From the NCBI GenBank assembly GCA_036679605.1, contig JAZDCZ010000398.1, forward strand, positions 1 to 64,000: 64,000 bases of DNA. The letters run 5' to 3'. The position numbers and the translations under genes are program-made. The stretch's first letter is position 1; each line of letters begins with the position of its first letter. The notes below the pieces were generated by a model. The model searched no databases. It saw only the letters and a program-made list of their open reading frames with translations, and had not been told where the DNA came from. Below, one piece after another: positions 44,741 to 54,420 of the stretch. The stretch is from Gemmatimonadota bacterium (GTDB lineage Bacteria > Gemmatimonadota > Gemmatimonadetes > Gemmatimonadales > GWC2-71-9).

Positions 44741-46735
44741 ATGGACCCGTCCGAAGGACCTCAACGGGATTCCGCTTCACCAAAGTCCGCATCTGGACAA
44801 ACCGAGCCTCATTTTTCCTGGCCGCCACCGGGCCTAGAGTCCGTGCAGGGGAAGCTATGGTCCGTGATCGCGGTCTTGGCGGTGGGCGACGTAGCGTTGG
44901 TCGCTCCGCTCTTGTGGTCGGTGACCACGAACTACGAGTTTTGGCGCCTGGGGCCGTTCGGGAACAACTGGTGGATTCCGTTGGCGATGAGCGGTGTTGG
45001 TATCGTCGTCGTCTTGGATGGTTGGGGGCGTCTGCTTCGGCTGCTGCGGGCGGGATCCCGGGCCGGGAAGCAAGGGCATCGGTGGATGGTGTTCCTACAG
45101 ACTGTCTCTGACCAGAGGCGCGACACCGGATTTCTAATTCAGGGCGCTCGGTATTATTCGCGCCTATCACCCATTGAGCGTCGGACACTTCTCTTAGTGC
45201 GCCTTGCCGGCTCATGGTCATATCTCGTAGCCGTACTCTGGGCCCCCCTCGGATTTGTCTTGGCTACCCTGGCGGGCGCTAGGGGGTGGATCGAATCGTC
45301 GTCGGTTGTGCCGATGGTGCTGGTACCTACGGTGGCATTCTTCATCTTGGGAGCGGGCGCACGATTGCTGGCGAACCTGCTCGTTAGATCAAGTCGTTCG
45401 GACGGTGGAATTCGGGCGGAGGTCGAGGAAGATGTTCGTTTGCAGGTTGCCGAGTGGAATGAGCGAGCCGCAGGCAAATGGAGTGAAGTCGGTTTCCATA
45501 CACTGGCCCACATGGGTTCGAAGGGCTTCGATTGGATGACTGCCGGGGTCATCGGGTTGGCGATGCTGGTGTTGGTTCCGGTGGTAACCATCACTCTCAC
45601 AGGTGCTTTGGGAGCCGTAATTACGTCGATTGCCGTTCCGAACTTCAGCCGCACTCAGGCCAGGTTCGCAGTTTCGGAGCTGCTGAGACCGTACGCCGCT
45701 GCGTCCGATGACACCGTGTCTCCACAAGAAGCAGGGCTAGCTCTCCAATCGCTGACATGGGTTTCGGTCGAATTCGACGGCGCAGGAATCGAGCGTGCCC
45801 CGCAACGCCGATACCCAGGCCGCTGGTTCCCGGCCGACCACGACAGTGTAATGGATGGTGGGAGCTTGTCGCGCCGGAATTGGGCGATCGGACTGTTCGG
45901 CCGGATCGGAAGTTTGGGCGCGACGGAAAAGTCATATCTCGAAACGGTGGCTTCGCACCCCGCACATCAGGAGTTCGAAATCCTTGCGAAAGGGCCAGAG
46001 ACGGACATCGTGGGCGCGAGATTCAAACTGCCGCTGCCGGATACACTATCCCGGTTCGCGCTGCCGATCCCGAAACTTGCCGGCCTCAGCGAGGGAGCTT
46101 GGGCGCACGTTGCCCAGGCTGCGTGGGAGTTCTCCAGAGGGAGGTCGCGGGAGGCGGAGCAAAAGGTGCGTGAGGTGATAGCCACCGGGTTTTCGTTGAT
46201 CGATGAAGGTCCTACTCTATTCGATGGCCTAATTGGTGTCCGAATTGTAAAGGTGGGAGGCGACGCGCTAGAGCAACTGTATCGGGCGATGGGGCGGAGT
46301 GCCGATGCCGAGGCGTTGAGTCGAGTGCTCACTGGAATCAATGAGATACCGAAGCGGGCGGTGTTGGCGAAGAGGGCCGGTCCGGACCTAGAGCACGAGT
46401 TGCGGACGATCCAGTATGCAATAACAGATGAGTCCGCAGCGCGCGGTATCCGCTGGGAGTACCTCACCTTATTTGCTACGCTTGCTCCCTGCGTGAACCT
46501 CCAAAGGGTAGTGTTTGGGCCGGGCGAATCTTACGAGCGCTGGCTGGAGGCTGCCGAGCAATCTCTTGTGAGGCGTCCTAGTGACGCTGCAATGTTCGCA
46601 TTCTTGAAGACCGGTTTGTTCGGGTCCCGCGAGCGAGCTTCGGGCCCGGTGTGGATGAGGGCCCTCGTAAGACTGACGTTTGGGTCGGGTCGTGGTGGCA
46701 GTTGTGCGGTACGCATCACGCAGCTAAGTATCTAG
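44741..46735 (+). CDS. Hypothetical membrane protein with large soluble C-terminal domain
   Basis: 664-aa ORF with several TM segments; no family recognised. Confidence 0.7.
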   Translation: MDPSEGPQRDSASPKSASGQTEPHFSWPPPGLESVQGKLWSVIAVLAVGDVALVAPLLWSVTTNYEFWRLGPFGNNWWIPLAMSGVGIVVVLDGWGRLLRLLRAGSRAGKQGHRWMVFLQTVSDQRRDTGFLIQGARYYSRLSPIERRTLLLVRLAGSWSYLVAVLWAPLGFVLATLAGARGWIESSSVVPMVLVPTVAFFILGAGARLLANLLVRSSRSDGGIRAEVEEDVRLQVAEWNERAAGKWSEVGFHTLAHMGSKGFDWMTAGVIGLAMLVLVPVVTITLTGALGAVITSIAVPNFSRTQARFAVSELLRPYAAASDDTVSPQEAGLALQSLTWVSVEFDGAGIERAPQRRYPGRWFPADHDSVMDGGSLSRRNWAIGLFGRIGSLGATEKSYLETVASHPAHQEFEILAKGPETDIVGARFKLPLPDTLSRFALPIPKLAGLSEGAWAHVAQAAWEFSRGRSREAEQKVREVIATGFSLIDEGPTLFDGLIGVRIVKVGGDALEQLYRAMGRSADAEALSRVLTGINEIPKRAVLAKRAGPDLEHELRTIQYAITDESAARGIRWEYLTLFATLAPCVNLQRVVFGPGESYERWLEAAEQSLVRRPSDAAMFAFLKTGLFGSRERASGPVWMRALVRLTFGSGRGGSCAVRITQLSI

Positions 46736-46825
46736 CAGTAGACGGCCAGTGCACCCTCCGGCCGCAATCCTACAATCACATCAATAGTCCCAAGTCCCAC
46801 ATCACGGCGACCGTGGAGCAACACC

Positions 46826-47260
46826 ATGTCACAACCAATAGTAGATCTCACCGCATCAGTTGAAGGAAACGAAGGAATCAGCGTAATCAGAGGGAGTGAG
46901 ATTTGCCGCGGGTGGAACGGCATAGAATATAAGTTGGGGATGTCGGCAAAGAACGTCGGGGCCAAGAAGCTGTCCATGAACGTTGCCACCATCCCTCCGG
47001 GCGGCGTAGCCTATGCGCACATACATGTGGACTTTGAGGTGATGTTGTACATCTTGGCCGGCAATGTCCGGCATGAATACGGTGCTGGTCTCAAAAAGAC
47101 GGTGGAGAACGAGGCCGGCGACTTCATTTTTATTGAGCCCGGAGTGCCGCATGAGGTGTTCAACATGAGCGACACGGATCCGGTTGTAGCTGTGGTGGCT
47201 CGCTCGGATGCAGATGAATGGGAGCACATCGTCACCTACGACCGCAACAGCGAGAGCTGA
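46826..47260 (+). CDS. Cupin domain protein
   Basis: IPPGGVAYAHIH..FE...AGDFIFIEPGVPHEVFN. Confidence 0.88.
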   Translation: MSQPIVDLTASVEGNEGISVIRGSEICRGWNGIEYKLGMSAKNVGAKKLSMNVATIPPGGVAYAHIHVDFEVMLYILAGNVRHEYGAGLKKTVENEAGDFIFIEPGVPHEVFNMSDTDPVVAVVARSDADEWEHIVTYDRNSES

Positions 47261-47274
47261 CGAACAACCGCTAG

Positions 47275-48330
47275 TTAGTTGTTCTGTTTTACCATGTAGA
47301 TTGTTTGGGAAGGGAATGCAAACTCGATCCCTTCCTCCTCGAACCGTTCGTGAATCCTCAGATTGATAGCCTGCTGGACATCCATATAGGCAGCAAAGGC
47401 CGGCTTGATCACATAGTAGGCGGTCTCGAAGTTGAGCGAAAAATCTCCGAAATCCTTGAAGTGAGATCGATCGAACCTGGTGTTCTCCTGAGACTCTATC
47501 GCCTCTCTAATAATATTGGGGATCTCGATCAGTTTCGCGCGCGGCGTGTCGTAGGTGACTCCAATCCCAAACAGTGCACGGCGTTCGAACAGTCTACCGT
47601 AGTTGCGGATACGGCTCCCAAGCAGGTCCGCGTTGGAGAGTATCAACTGTTCGCCCGACAGGCTCCGCAAACGTGTCGTCTTGAGGCCTATGTGCTCGAC
47701 GTTTCCCTTGTAATCGTCAATGATCAGGAAATCGCCGATGACGAACGGCTTGTCGAGCACGATGGTAATCGACCCAAACAAATCGCCAAGAATGTTCTGT
47801 ACCGCCAGTGCTATGGCCAAACTCCCGACTCCGAGGCCCGCCACCAGCGTGGTGATGTCAACGCCGAGGTTGTCGAGTGCGAGCAGAAGGATGACGGTCC
47901 ACAAGAGCAAACGGCTGACGAAGCCCAGCGCGTTCATAGTGGTAACGCTGGCAGCGTCCTCCCCCATCTGCTGCTTGGTGTATCGTACGATCAGGAAAGT
48001 GATGATCCCGCTTATCCAGATCCCACCTTGAATGAGAAGAACGATGACCACTAGGCCGTTCACTAGGTGGACGACTCCGGTCGGTAGAGTGAGCACCAAT
48101 GTGCCGACGAAAGCAGCTGTGCCTGTCAAGAACAGCAGTTTGGTGCGTCCCAGCACCTGGGCTACAAGGTCATCCCAATCGGTGACTGTTCTCTCGGCAA
48201 GGCTGGCGACACGCTTCGTTGCTATCCGTACCAGTTGCTTGAGGATGCCCAACGTCAGAATTCCAAGTAGAAGGGCTACGATCCATGTCTGGATGGAATT
48301 GCCGTAGATCTCTGTTTGTAAGAATGCCAT
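47275..48330 (-). CDS. mscS: Small-conductance mechanosensitive channel family protein
   Basis: LVAGLGVGSLAIALAVQ.ILGDLF...DKPFVIGDF...VEHIGLKTTR...GIEFAFP. Confidence 0.9.
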   Translation of the reverse strand: MAFLQTEIYGNSIQTWIVALLLGILTLGILKQLVRIATKRVASLAERTVTDWDDLVAQVLGRTKLLFLTGTAAFVGTLVLTLPTGVVHLVNGLVVIVLLIQGGIWISGIITFLIVRYTKQQMGEDAASVTTMNALGFVSRLLLWTVILLLALDNLGVDITTLVAGLGVGSLAIALAVQNILGDLFGSITIVLDKPFVIGDFLIIDDYKGNVEHIGLKTTRLRSLSGEQLILSNADLLGSRIRNYGRLFERRALFGIGVTYDTPRAKLIEIPNIIREAIESQENTRFDRSHFKDFGDFSLNFETAYYVIKPAFAAYMDVQQAINLRIHERFEEEGIEFAFPSQTIYMVKQNN

Positions 48331-48584
48331 GTTGGTTTTCTCTGAGTGCTGTTTAGCGCCGAACCCCGTTCCCCAGCTTCACACGACTACTAACCAACCG
48401 CAAACGATGGCGTTGCGTCAAGTGTAAGTAAAGGCCGCTTTGCCGGGCGGTCCGCGTAAAGGAGAGGCAGGTGGGTCGTTTCCGCTCGGCCACCTGCGGC
48501 GTACCACGTTGGCAAATAGACTGCTAGCACACTACTCTAGCACCGTCTATGTGGTCAATTCCAACAGAAGTTATGGAGAGAGAT

Positions 48585-49340
48585 ATGCCCAACGACTCAT
48601 TGCAGGATAGGGTGGCGATAGTGACGGGTGCTTCCAGCGGAATCGGTAGCGCGACCGCAAGACTGTTGGCGGCTGACGGTTGTGCCGTCGCCGTGGCAGC
48701 GCGGCGCTCTAGCCGTCTAGACAGCCTAGTTGATGAAATCAACGGGCTAGGGGGACGGGCCATGGCGATTACTACGGACGTGACCGACCGGCAACAGGTG
48801 GAACGAATGGTTGAGAAGGTATTGGAATCATTCGGCAAGCTCGACATCCTCGTCAACAATGCGGGTATTATGCCTCTCTCGCCAGTGCGACGGCTGCTGG
48901 TGGACGACTGGGATAGAATGATAGATGTGAATGTGAAGGGTCTCCTATACTGTATAGCAGCTGGCCTTCCGACAATGCTTGAGCAGGGCGGCGGTCACAT
49001 TCTCAATGTGGGCTCGGTAGCCGGCCGGCGATCGTTTTACGGCGGGACGATCTACAGTGCGACGAAGTTCGCTGTGCGTGCGATCTCCCAGGGGCTCAGA
49101 ATCGAGCTGTCGCCAAACGACAACATTCGCGTGACCGACATTGAGCCTGGAGTCGTCGATACGGAGTTAGCAGATCACATCACGGACGAGGAAACTGTGA
49201 CCGGATTCGCGCAGCGTTGGGGGGAGAAGAAGAAGCTCGATTCCGAAGATATAGCGCGAGCCGTCCTTTACGTGGTGACACAGCCGGAGCACGTGAACAT
49301 AAACGAGCTGCTGGTTAGGCCGACTGAGCAGGAACAGTAA
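48585..49340 (+). CDS. SDR family oxidoreductase (YdfG-like)
   Basis: TGASSGIG, NNAG, YSATK, IEPGVVDTEL. Confidence 0.92.
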   Translation: MPNDSLQDRVAIVTGASSGIGSATARLLAADGCAVAVAARRSSRLDSLVDEINGLGGRAMAITTDVTDRQQVERMVEKVLESFGKLDILVNNAGIMPLSPVRRLLVDDWDRMIDVNVKGLLYCIAAGLPTMLEQGGGHILNVGSVAGRRSFYGGTIYSATKFAVRAISQGLRIELSPNDNIRVTDIEPGVVDTELADHITDEETVTGFAQRWGEKKKLDSEDIARAVLYVVTQPEHVNINELLVRPTEQEQ

Positions 49341-49558
49341 GAGCAGAGTTTCTAGTTCTCATTTGGGATACAATCGTCCGAATCCATGGACATGGCGCCG
49401 GACCGAGCCGGAGGGAAAACCTATGTAGGGCGCCGGAATAGGCGGTAACATGGTTTCGATTAGGAGGGGCACGATGTATGCCTCTCCGGCCGGATGACTC
49501 GAGGAACGGAAGTGCGCTGTTGAAGCTGAGTCAAGAGTCCGAAACCAGGGAGGGACAG

Positions 49559-49732
49559 ATGGGACGCATTTCCCGGCTGCAGGGGCGGGGACGGAACTTG
49601 GAAGATCAAGTTTCGCGCATGGTGGTTGTAGAAGAAGGCGGCACCGAGGTCGGTGAGATCCTTGCTCCTGTGAACGAAGAACCGTTCGGCTATGGCAAAG
49701 AAAGTGTTTATCTGAAACCTAGGGGTGGCTAG
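49559..49732 (+). CDS. Possible small protein (57 aa)
   Basis: GGGAGG RBS then MGRISRLQGRG...YLKPRGG; fills an otherwise empty gap. Confidence 0.35.
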   Translation: MGRISRLQGRGRNLEDQVSRMVVVEEGGTEVGEILAPVNEEPFGYGKESVYLKPRGG

Positions 49733-49739
49733 AGCCACC
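49724..49739. terminator. Short GC hairpin between convergent genes
   Basis: GGTGGC-TAGA-GCCACC; no U-tract. Confidence 0.25.
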
Positions 49740-49760
49740 GGGATTTGCCAGCGCCAGGCC

Positions 49761-50891
49761 CTAGGCCGCCGACACGGTTTCGGCTCGCACAGTGAGGTCG
49801 TCGATTCGGTCGAGTTCCACAGTGACGCCGATCCCTGGGCGATCGCGTGGCACGGTCATCATTCCTTCCGAATCGATCTGCCACTCGGGTGTGACTATGT
49901 CCCGCTCCCAGTAGCGTGAACTCGGGCTAACGTCTCCGGGAATGGAAAAATTGGGCAGCGACGCGAGCGCGACATTGTAGGCGCGGCCTATTCCACTCTC
50001 CAACATCCCCCCGCACCAGACCGGCACGTCGTTTGATAAACACAGGTCGTGGATTGCCTTTGCTTCGGACAGTCCACCTACGCGCCCCGACTTGATATTG
50101 ACGATCCTTCCGCTACGCAGGGCTAGCATTTCTTCTACCCTGCCGACGCCTGTAATCGATTCGTCGAGACAGATGGGCGTATCCATGATCTCTTGGAGTC
50201 GTGCGTGTTGGATTAAGTCGTCCCACGCTAGTGGCTGTTCTATCATGATCAGCCCGAGCCGATCGAGTTTCCGCAGATGATCGAAGTCGGCAGGCATGTA
50301 CGCGTTGTTGGCATCGACCATGAGCGGGGCATCCCTGCCCAGTTCCTCGCGCACTGCAGTCACGTACTCGACGTCAGCACCGGGTCGAATCTTGAGTTTG
50401 ATCTTGTGGTATCCGGATTCCAGCGCGTTCCTGGCCTTGGAAACCAGCGTGTCCGGATCGGGCTGAATTCCTATCGATATTCCACTCTTGATCTGGGACC
50501 GTGTGCCGCCAAGCGCTTCCGACAGAGATTGCTTACCTCGTTCGGCGGCGAGAGCCCAACTACCCATCTCGACTGCGGCTTTCGCCATGTTGTGACCACG
50601 GAAGTCGTGAGAGAGAGCAGCACTAACGTCCAAGGGTTTTTGGAACTCCCGTCCTACCACACGTGGCGCCACCCATTCCTTTATCGCGAGCCACGATGTT
50701 GCGATAGTCTCGGGTGAATAATTTGGTTGCTCTCCTGCCACGCACTCGGACCAGACCGACACTCCGTCAGCGTCGGTCATTTCGACCAACAAGATTCGCC
50801 GGACATCCACCACTCCTGAAGAAATCCGGAACGGCTCTTTGAGTGGCAAGGTGATTTCGCGCAGCGTGATGCTACCGATGCTAAAACTCAT
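49761..50891 (-). CDS. menC: NSAR/OSBS enolase-superfamily enzyme (o-succinylbenzoate synthase / N-succinylamino acid racemase)
   Basis: KIKLKI, VDAN, IEQP, LDES, NIK, WCGGMLE, PGD.S.S.RYW. Confidence 0.88.
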   Translation of the reverse strand: MSFSIGSITLREITLPLKEPFRISSGVVDVRRILLVEMTDADGVSVWSECVAGEQPNYSPETIATSWLAIKEWVAPRVVGREFQKPLDVSAALSHDFRGHNMAKAAVEMGSWALAAERGKQSLSEALGGTRSQIKSGISIGIQPDPDTLVSKARNALESGYHKIKLKIRPGADVEYVTAVREELGRDAPLMVDANNAYMPADFDHLRKLDRLGLIMIEQPLAWDDLIQHARLQEIMDTPICLDESITGVGRVEEMLALRSGRIVNIKSGRVGGLSEAKAIHDLCLSNDVPVWCGGMLESGIGRAYNVALASLPNFSIPGDVSPSSRYWERDIVTPEWQIDSEGMMTVPRDRPGIGVTVELDRIDDLTVRAETVSAA

Positions 50892-50897
50892 TGGACC

Positions 50898-51722
50898 TCA
50901 CGTCGTCAATACGTAGTAACAGCGGCGAGTCTCAATGTCGCGATAGAACGATGTTACGGAGTAACCGCGATCCAGATACCAAAGGAATGCGCGCCGCGTT
51001 ACATCTCTCCACGCGCGACCTAACTCCATCGAGCGAGACTTGATGAGCTGTACGTCTTCGGGGATCTCTATCCGTATTACCTGATTGCCAAGAGGTTCAC
51101 ACAGCTGCGGACGCCCGTCTTCATCGATGTTGACGATCGGTACAGTTGCTCGAACGTCACTGTCGTCGCATTCGTTCGAAACGGCCCGCTCGACTCGCGA
51201 ACTCAACAGTTCCCATCGAACGACGATGCGATCGGTCCCTAGTCCGCTGTGGAGTTCACTGCCCGTGCTTTCGCCATACATGTCAGGGACGTATCTGTCG
51301 ACGTCAGCACCGAGCTTGTTGAGGTTGAGGTGGGCATTGCGCGCAACCAGCGGGTCATAGGTCCAGAACGCGACCTCGATGCCGCTTTCAAGGAGGAGTT
51401 CGCGCTGGTAGATCTTTAATCGACATCCTAATCCCGCTCCGCCGAGATGCTCCTCCACCGCCAACATGTGGGACCAGTGTGCAAGACGCCCTTCCCGCAC
51501 ACCGCTTATGCCGTACACAAAACCAACCAAATGGTCCGATCTATCGAATGCGCCGGCGGAGACTCCACCGACCTTCTGCCCGATCATGAGCATTGCCGGA
51601 GGAACAATCTCAGTGAAATCCCGCCCCCATGTTTGCATTTGCAGCTCGACACACTGGGTGTAGTCGCTCTGCGTTTCGAGCGGTCGGAGAGTGATGTCGG
51701 AAGGAGTGGCTGATTGATACAT
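50898..51722 (-). CDS. GNAT family protein, probable amino-acid N-succinyltransferase
   Basis: HWSHMLAV...G.G..LK..QR...WTYDPL..RNAHLNL.KLG...TDR..V.W; directly upstream of NSAR/OSBS. Confidence 0.82.
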   Translation of the reverse strand: MYQSATPSDITLRPLETQSDYTQCVELQMQTWGRDFTEIVPPAMLMIGQKVGGVSAGAFDRSDHLVGFVYGISGVREGRLAHWSHMLAVEEHLGGAGLGCRLKIYQRELLLESGIEVAFWTYDPLVARNAHLNLNKLGADVDRYVPDMYGESTGSELHSGLGTDRIVVRWELLSSRVERAVSNECDDSDVRATVPIVNIDEDGRPQLCEPLGNQVIRIEIPEDVQLIKSRSMELGRAWRDVTRRAFLWYLDRGYSVTSFYRDIETRRCYYVLTT

Positions 51723-51821
51723 ACTTGTCGCATGCTCAATGAAGTTTCATATAGTCAAGACGGCCCTCCAGCAACCGGCAGGAGATTTGCCGCCGATAAT
51801 AGGGGGGAGTATGTTGTTCAA

Positions 51822-53327
51822 ATGTCTGACGAGCAAGATCTAGCCGTATTCTTGGCCGAGCTGGTTGGTTTGATGAAAGGCGGGTCAGCTGATGCCGTCG
51901 CGCAGGAGGCGGCGGTAAGGTCGCTTGCTGGACTCACCGGACGGCGTAGCTGGACGATCGGTCTGGAGGGAGATCGCATGGCTGTAGAGGGAGTAGCGGT
52001 ACTCCCCGGTAAGCTGCTGCCCGATCTGATTTCACAGCTCCGCATGCATGGCGTAGCCGAGATCCAGTTCGCATATCGGACCTCGGCTGCGGATATCAGG
52101 CATCTTGCTGAGACCCTAGCACTGCACGGCGCCGGGTTGGAGCAGGCCCAGGACCGCTTGCGGGCGGCTCAGGTTCGCAGGATCTGGGTCCTGGGACCAG
52201 AAAGAGATGAGACGCCTACGAGCGTGAAACCCGAGGCCGACACTGCTGATGCAGAGCCGGCAACACCAGCCCTGCGGCCGATGGAGAAGTCGGAGTACAG
52301 TGAATTGATGCAGAGTACTCGGGCCGGAAAGATCTCGCTGTCGGCGGCCGTCAAGCGGATGCGCAACATGATTGGCGGTCCGCAGCTGTCGCAGGGTCTC
52401 AATGTTGTAGCAGAGGGCGTATTTGATGCGGTTCGCTCGAATCGAGTAGAGGGGGCTCTCGATGCCGTGGCGATCACGATACGGCAGGAGGCCGAGGCGA
52501 CTCAGCACGATGTGCAGTTGTGCTACGGAGTTGTGGTGCGGCGCATGCTGAATCCGGACGTGGTGCGTCCTTTTGCGAAGTTGTTACTGGATCCACTCTA
52601 CTCGGAAGACGTGATGGTCGTGATAAGGCGCGCCGGAGCCAATGCTACGCAGGTGTTGCTCGATCTACTGGTTGCGGCTCCGACCTTTGCAGAACGCCGT
52701 GCGTTTCTCGCGGCTCTCAGAAAGATCGAGGAGGGGACGGACAATATCGTCAGAATGCTGGATCACCACGAGTGGTATGTTGTTAGAAACGTGGCTGATC
52801 TCATTGGGGAACTAGGCCTCGAAGACGCTGTTCCTGGGTTGGGACGGGTCGTGGAGCACCAAGATGTCCGTGTCAGGAGGTCTGTTGCCATAGCCCTCAC
52901 CAGAATCGGAAGTCCAGCCACGATCCGACACGTGCGGACGGCGCTGCGAGATCCTGATCCTGAGATCCGAATGACCGTGGCGAAGGGCATAGGTGGCGCT
53001 GGTCTTGGCGCGCTCGTGATGCCAATCGTAAATCAGGCGGACTCGGAAGAGGAGGAAACGATAAGGGCAGAACTCTACCGGGCCATGGGCCGAATCGGAA
53101 CGCCCGATGCAGTGCAGGCATTGGACAAGGTGTCACGTAAGAGCGGAAAGCTTTTTGGCCCTCGACTCTCGGAGTCCCGCCGTGCAGCTGTCGAGGGTCT
53201 AACGTTGGCCGGTGGAGCGGCGGCGGCTACGGCGCTGGAGTCTCTCAGCAAAGATCGGGACCGGGCGGTGCGTGATGCGGCGCGGCAGGGACTGCAGGAC
53301 CTTAGTTCAAGTAGCGAGCGAATGTGA
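51822..53327 (+). CDS. HEAT repeat protein
   Basis: EWYVVRNVA..IGE, DVRVRRSVA, DPEIRM, DRAVRDAA repeats. Confidence 0.8.
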   Translation: MSDEQDLAVFLAELVGLMKGGSADAVAQEAAVRSLAGLTGRRSWTIGLEGDRMAVEGVAVLPGKLLPDLISQLRMHGVAEIQFAYRTSAADIRHLAETLALHGAGLEQAQDRLRAAQVRRIWVLGPERDETPTSVKPEADTADAEPATPALRPMEKSEYSELMQSTRAGKISLSAAVKRMRNMIGGPQLSQGLNVVAEGVFDAVRSNRVEGALDAVAITIRQEAEATQHDVQLCYGVVVRRMLNPDVVRPFAKLLLDPLYSEDVMVVIRRAGANATQVLLDLLVAAPTFAERRAFLAALRKIEEGTDNIVRMLDHHEWYVVRNVADLIGELGLEDAVPGLGRVVEHQDVRVRRSVAIALTRIGSPATIRHVRTALRDPDPEIRMTVAKGIGGAGLGALVMPIVNQADSEEEETIRAELYRAMGRIGTPDAVQALDKVSRKSGKLFGPRLSESRRAAVEGLTLAGGAAAATALESLSKDRDRAVRDAARQGLQDLSSSSERM

Positions 53328-53399
53328 GGTTGGTCGGCGGAGAGGGGGACGGAATCGGCATCATTTGAACTGCTCGCAATAGGCTTCGCCGGGGGTGGG

Positions 53400-54116
53400 T
53401 TGGGAGCGCTGCTAGGTGTCGGTGGCGGTGTAATCCTCGTCCCGGGTTTGTTGTTGGTCGCCGGTCTGGAGTTTCGCAATGCGGTGGCGGCAAGTCTGGT
53501 CTGTGTGGTAGCAACCTCGGTTGCGAGTTCCATCGTCTTCGTGCGGCGCGGTACTGCGGACCTTCCCTTGGCAACCGAACTGCAATTCTTCACGGTATCC
53601 GGGGCCGTGGGCGGTGGCCTAATTGCAGCCTACATTCCTCCGGCTCCACTGTATCTCGTCTTTACTGTACTGCTGACGTATCTGGCCATTCGCATGTGGC
53701 CCGGAGCGAAGGCGACGGAGGAAAAGCGCGACGAGGGCTCAGCCCCGGAGCGCCGGACCCAGGCAGCCGCTGGCTCGGTTGGAGCCGGCATGGTCTCCGG
53801 GTTGCTGGGCATCGGTGGCGGCGTGTTGAATATTCCGGTGCTGCATCTATTGTTGGGACGGACTTTCGATGAGGCGATTCCGACCAGCTCCTACATGATT
53901 GGACTAACCGCGGCGGCCGGGGCACTTGTATATCTGGTGCGAGGAGATGTACCTACCGACATAGTGGGCCTGGCAATGATCGGTACGCTGGCGGGAGCCC
54001 GAATCGCCGCTCGGGTAAGGGATCGATTCGATCAGCGAAGCCTCAAAATATTGTTTGTATTCCTGCTACTCTACGGTGCATACCGAATGGGGATTCGTGG
54101 CGTCGCGCAGTTCTGA
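53400..54116 (+). CDS. TauE/SafE family sulfite exporter-like permease (start uncertain)
   Basis: LLGVGGGVILVP and GLLGIGGG..IP repeats; multiple TM helices. Confidence 0.85.
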   Translation: MGALLGVGGGVILVPGLLLVAGLEFRNAVAASLVCVVATSVASSIVFVRRGTADLPLATELQFFTVSGAVGGGLIAAYIPPAPLYLVFTVLLTYLAIRMWPGAKATEEKRDEGSAPERRTQAAAGSVGAGMVSGLLGIGGGVLNIPVLHLLLGRTFDEAIPTSSYMIGLTAAAGALVYLVRGDVPTDIVGLAMIGTLAGARIAARVRDRFDQRSLKILFVFLLLYGAYRMGIRGVAQF

Positions 54117-54411
54117 CGGAGCGGAAGAGCGGTACCGAGATCGACCTGCGGCAGTTGCGTTGGCCGTTCTGGAGGGAGTTGCCGTAACTTTGGTAATCTC
54201 AGCGATCGTCGTTGAACACGCTGGTGTCTCGGGTGCAATGTCATCGTGGTCTGAGAAGCTCATGTTGGGTGGCATAGTTTCACTATTGCTCGCCCCTGCG
54301 GCCGCGCTCGCTCATCTGGGTGTGCGATTCGCCCTTAGAGGATCTTCGCGCTGCGCATGGTTTGCCTTGGCTACTCTGGGGGTGACCATATTGGGTATTT
54401 ACTTGGCTTGA
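54055..54411 (+). CDS. Small membrane protein (DUF1634-like partner of TauE); true start probably downstream of 54055
   Basis: Three hydrophobic segments; position between TauE and tyrA. Confidence 0.45.
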   Translation: MYSCYSTVHTEWGFVASRSSDGAEERYRDRPAAVALAVLEGVAVTLVISAIVVEHAGVSGAMSSWSEKLMLGGIVSLLLAPAAALAHLGVRFALRGSSRCAWFALATLGVTILGIYLA

Positions 54412-54420
54412 CGAGGTAAA

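Noticed and set aside
49559..49732. C-terminal GG as a ubiquitin-like/ThiS or RiPP signature
   Set aside because: The peptide is short, no beta-grasp pattern was recognised and no E1-like or modifying enzymes are nearby
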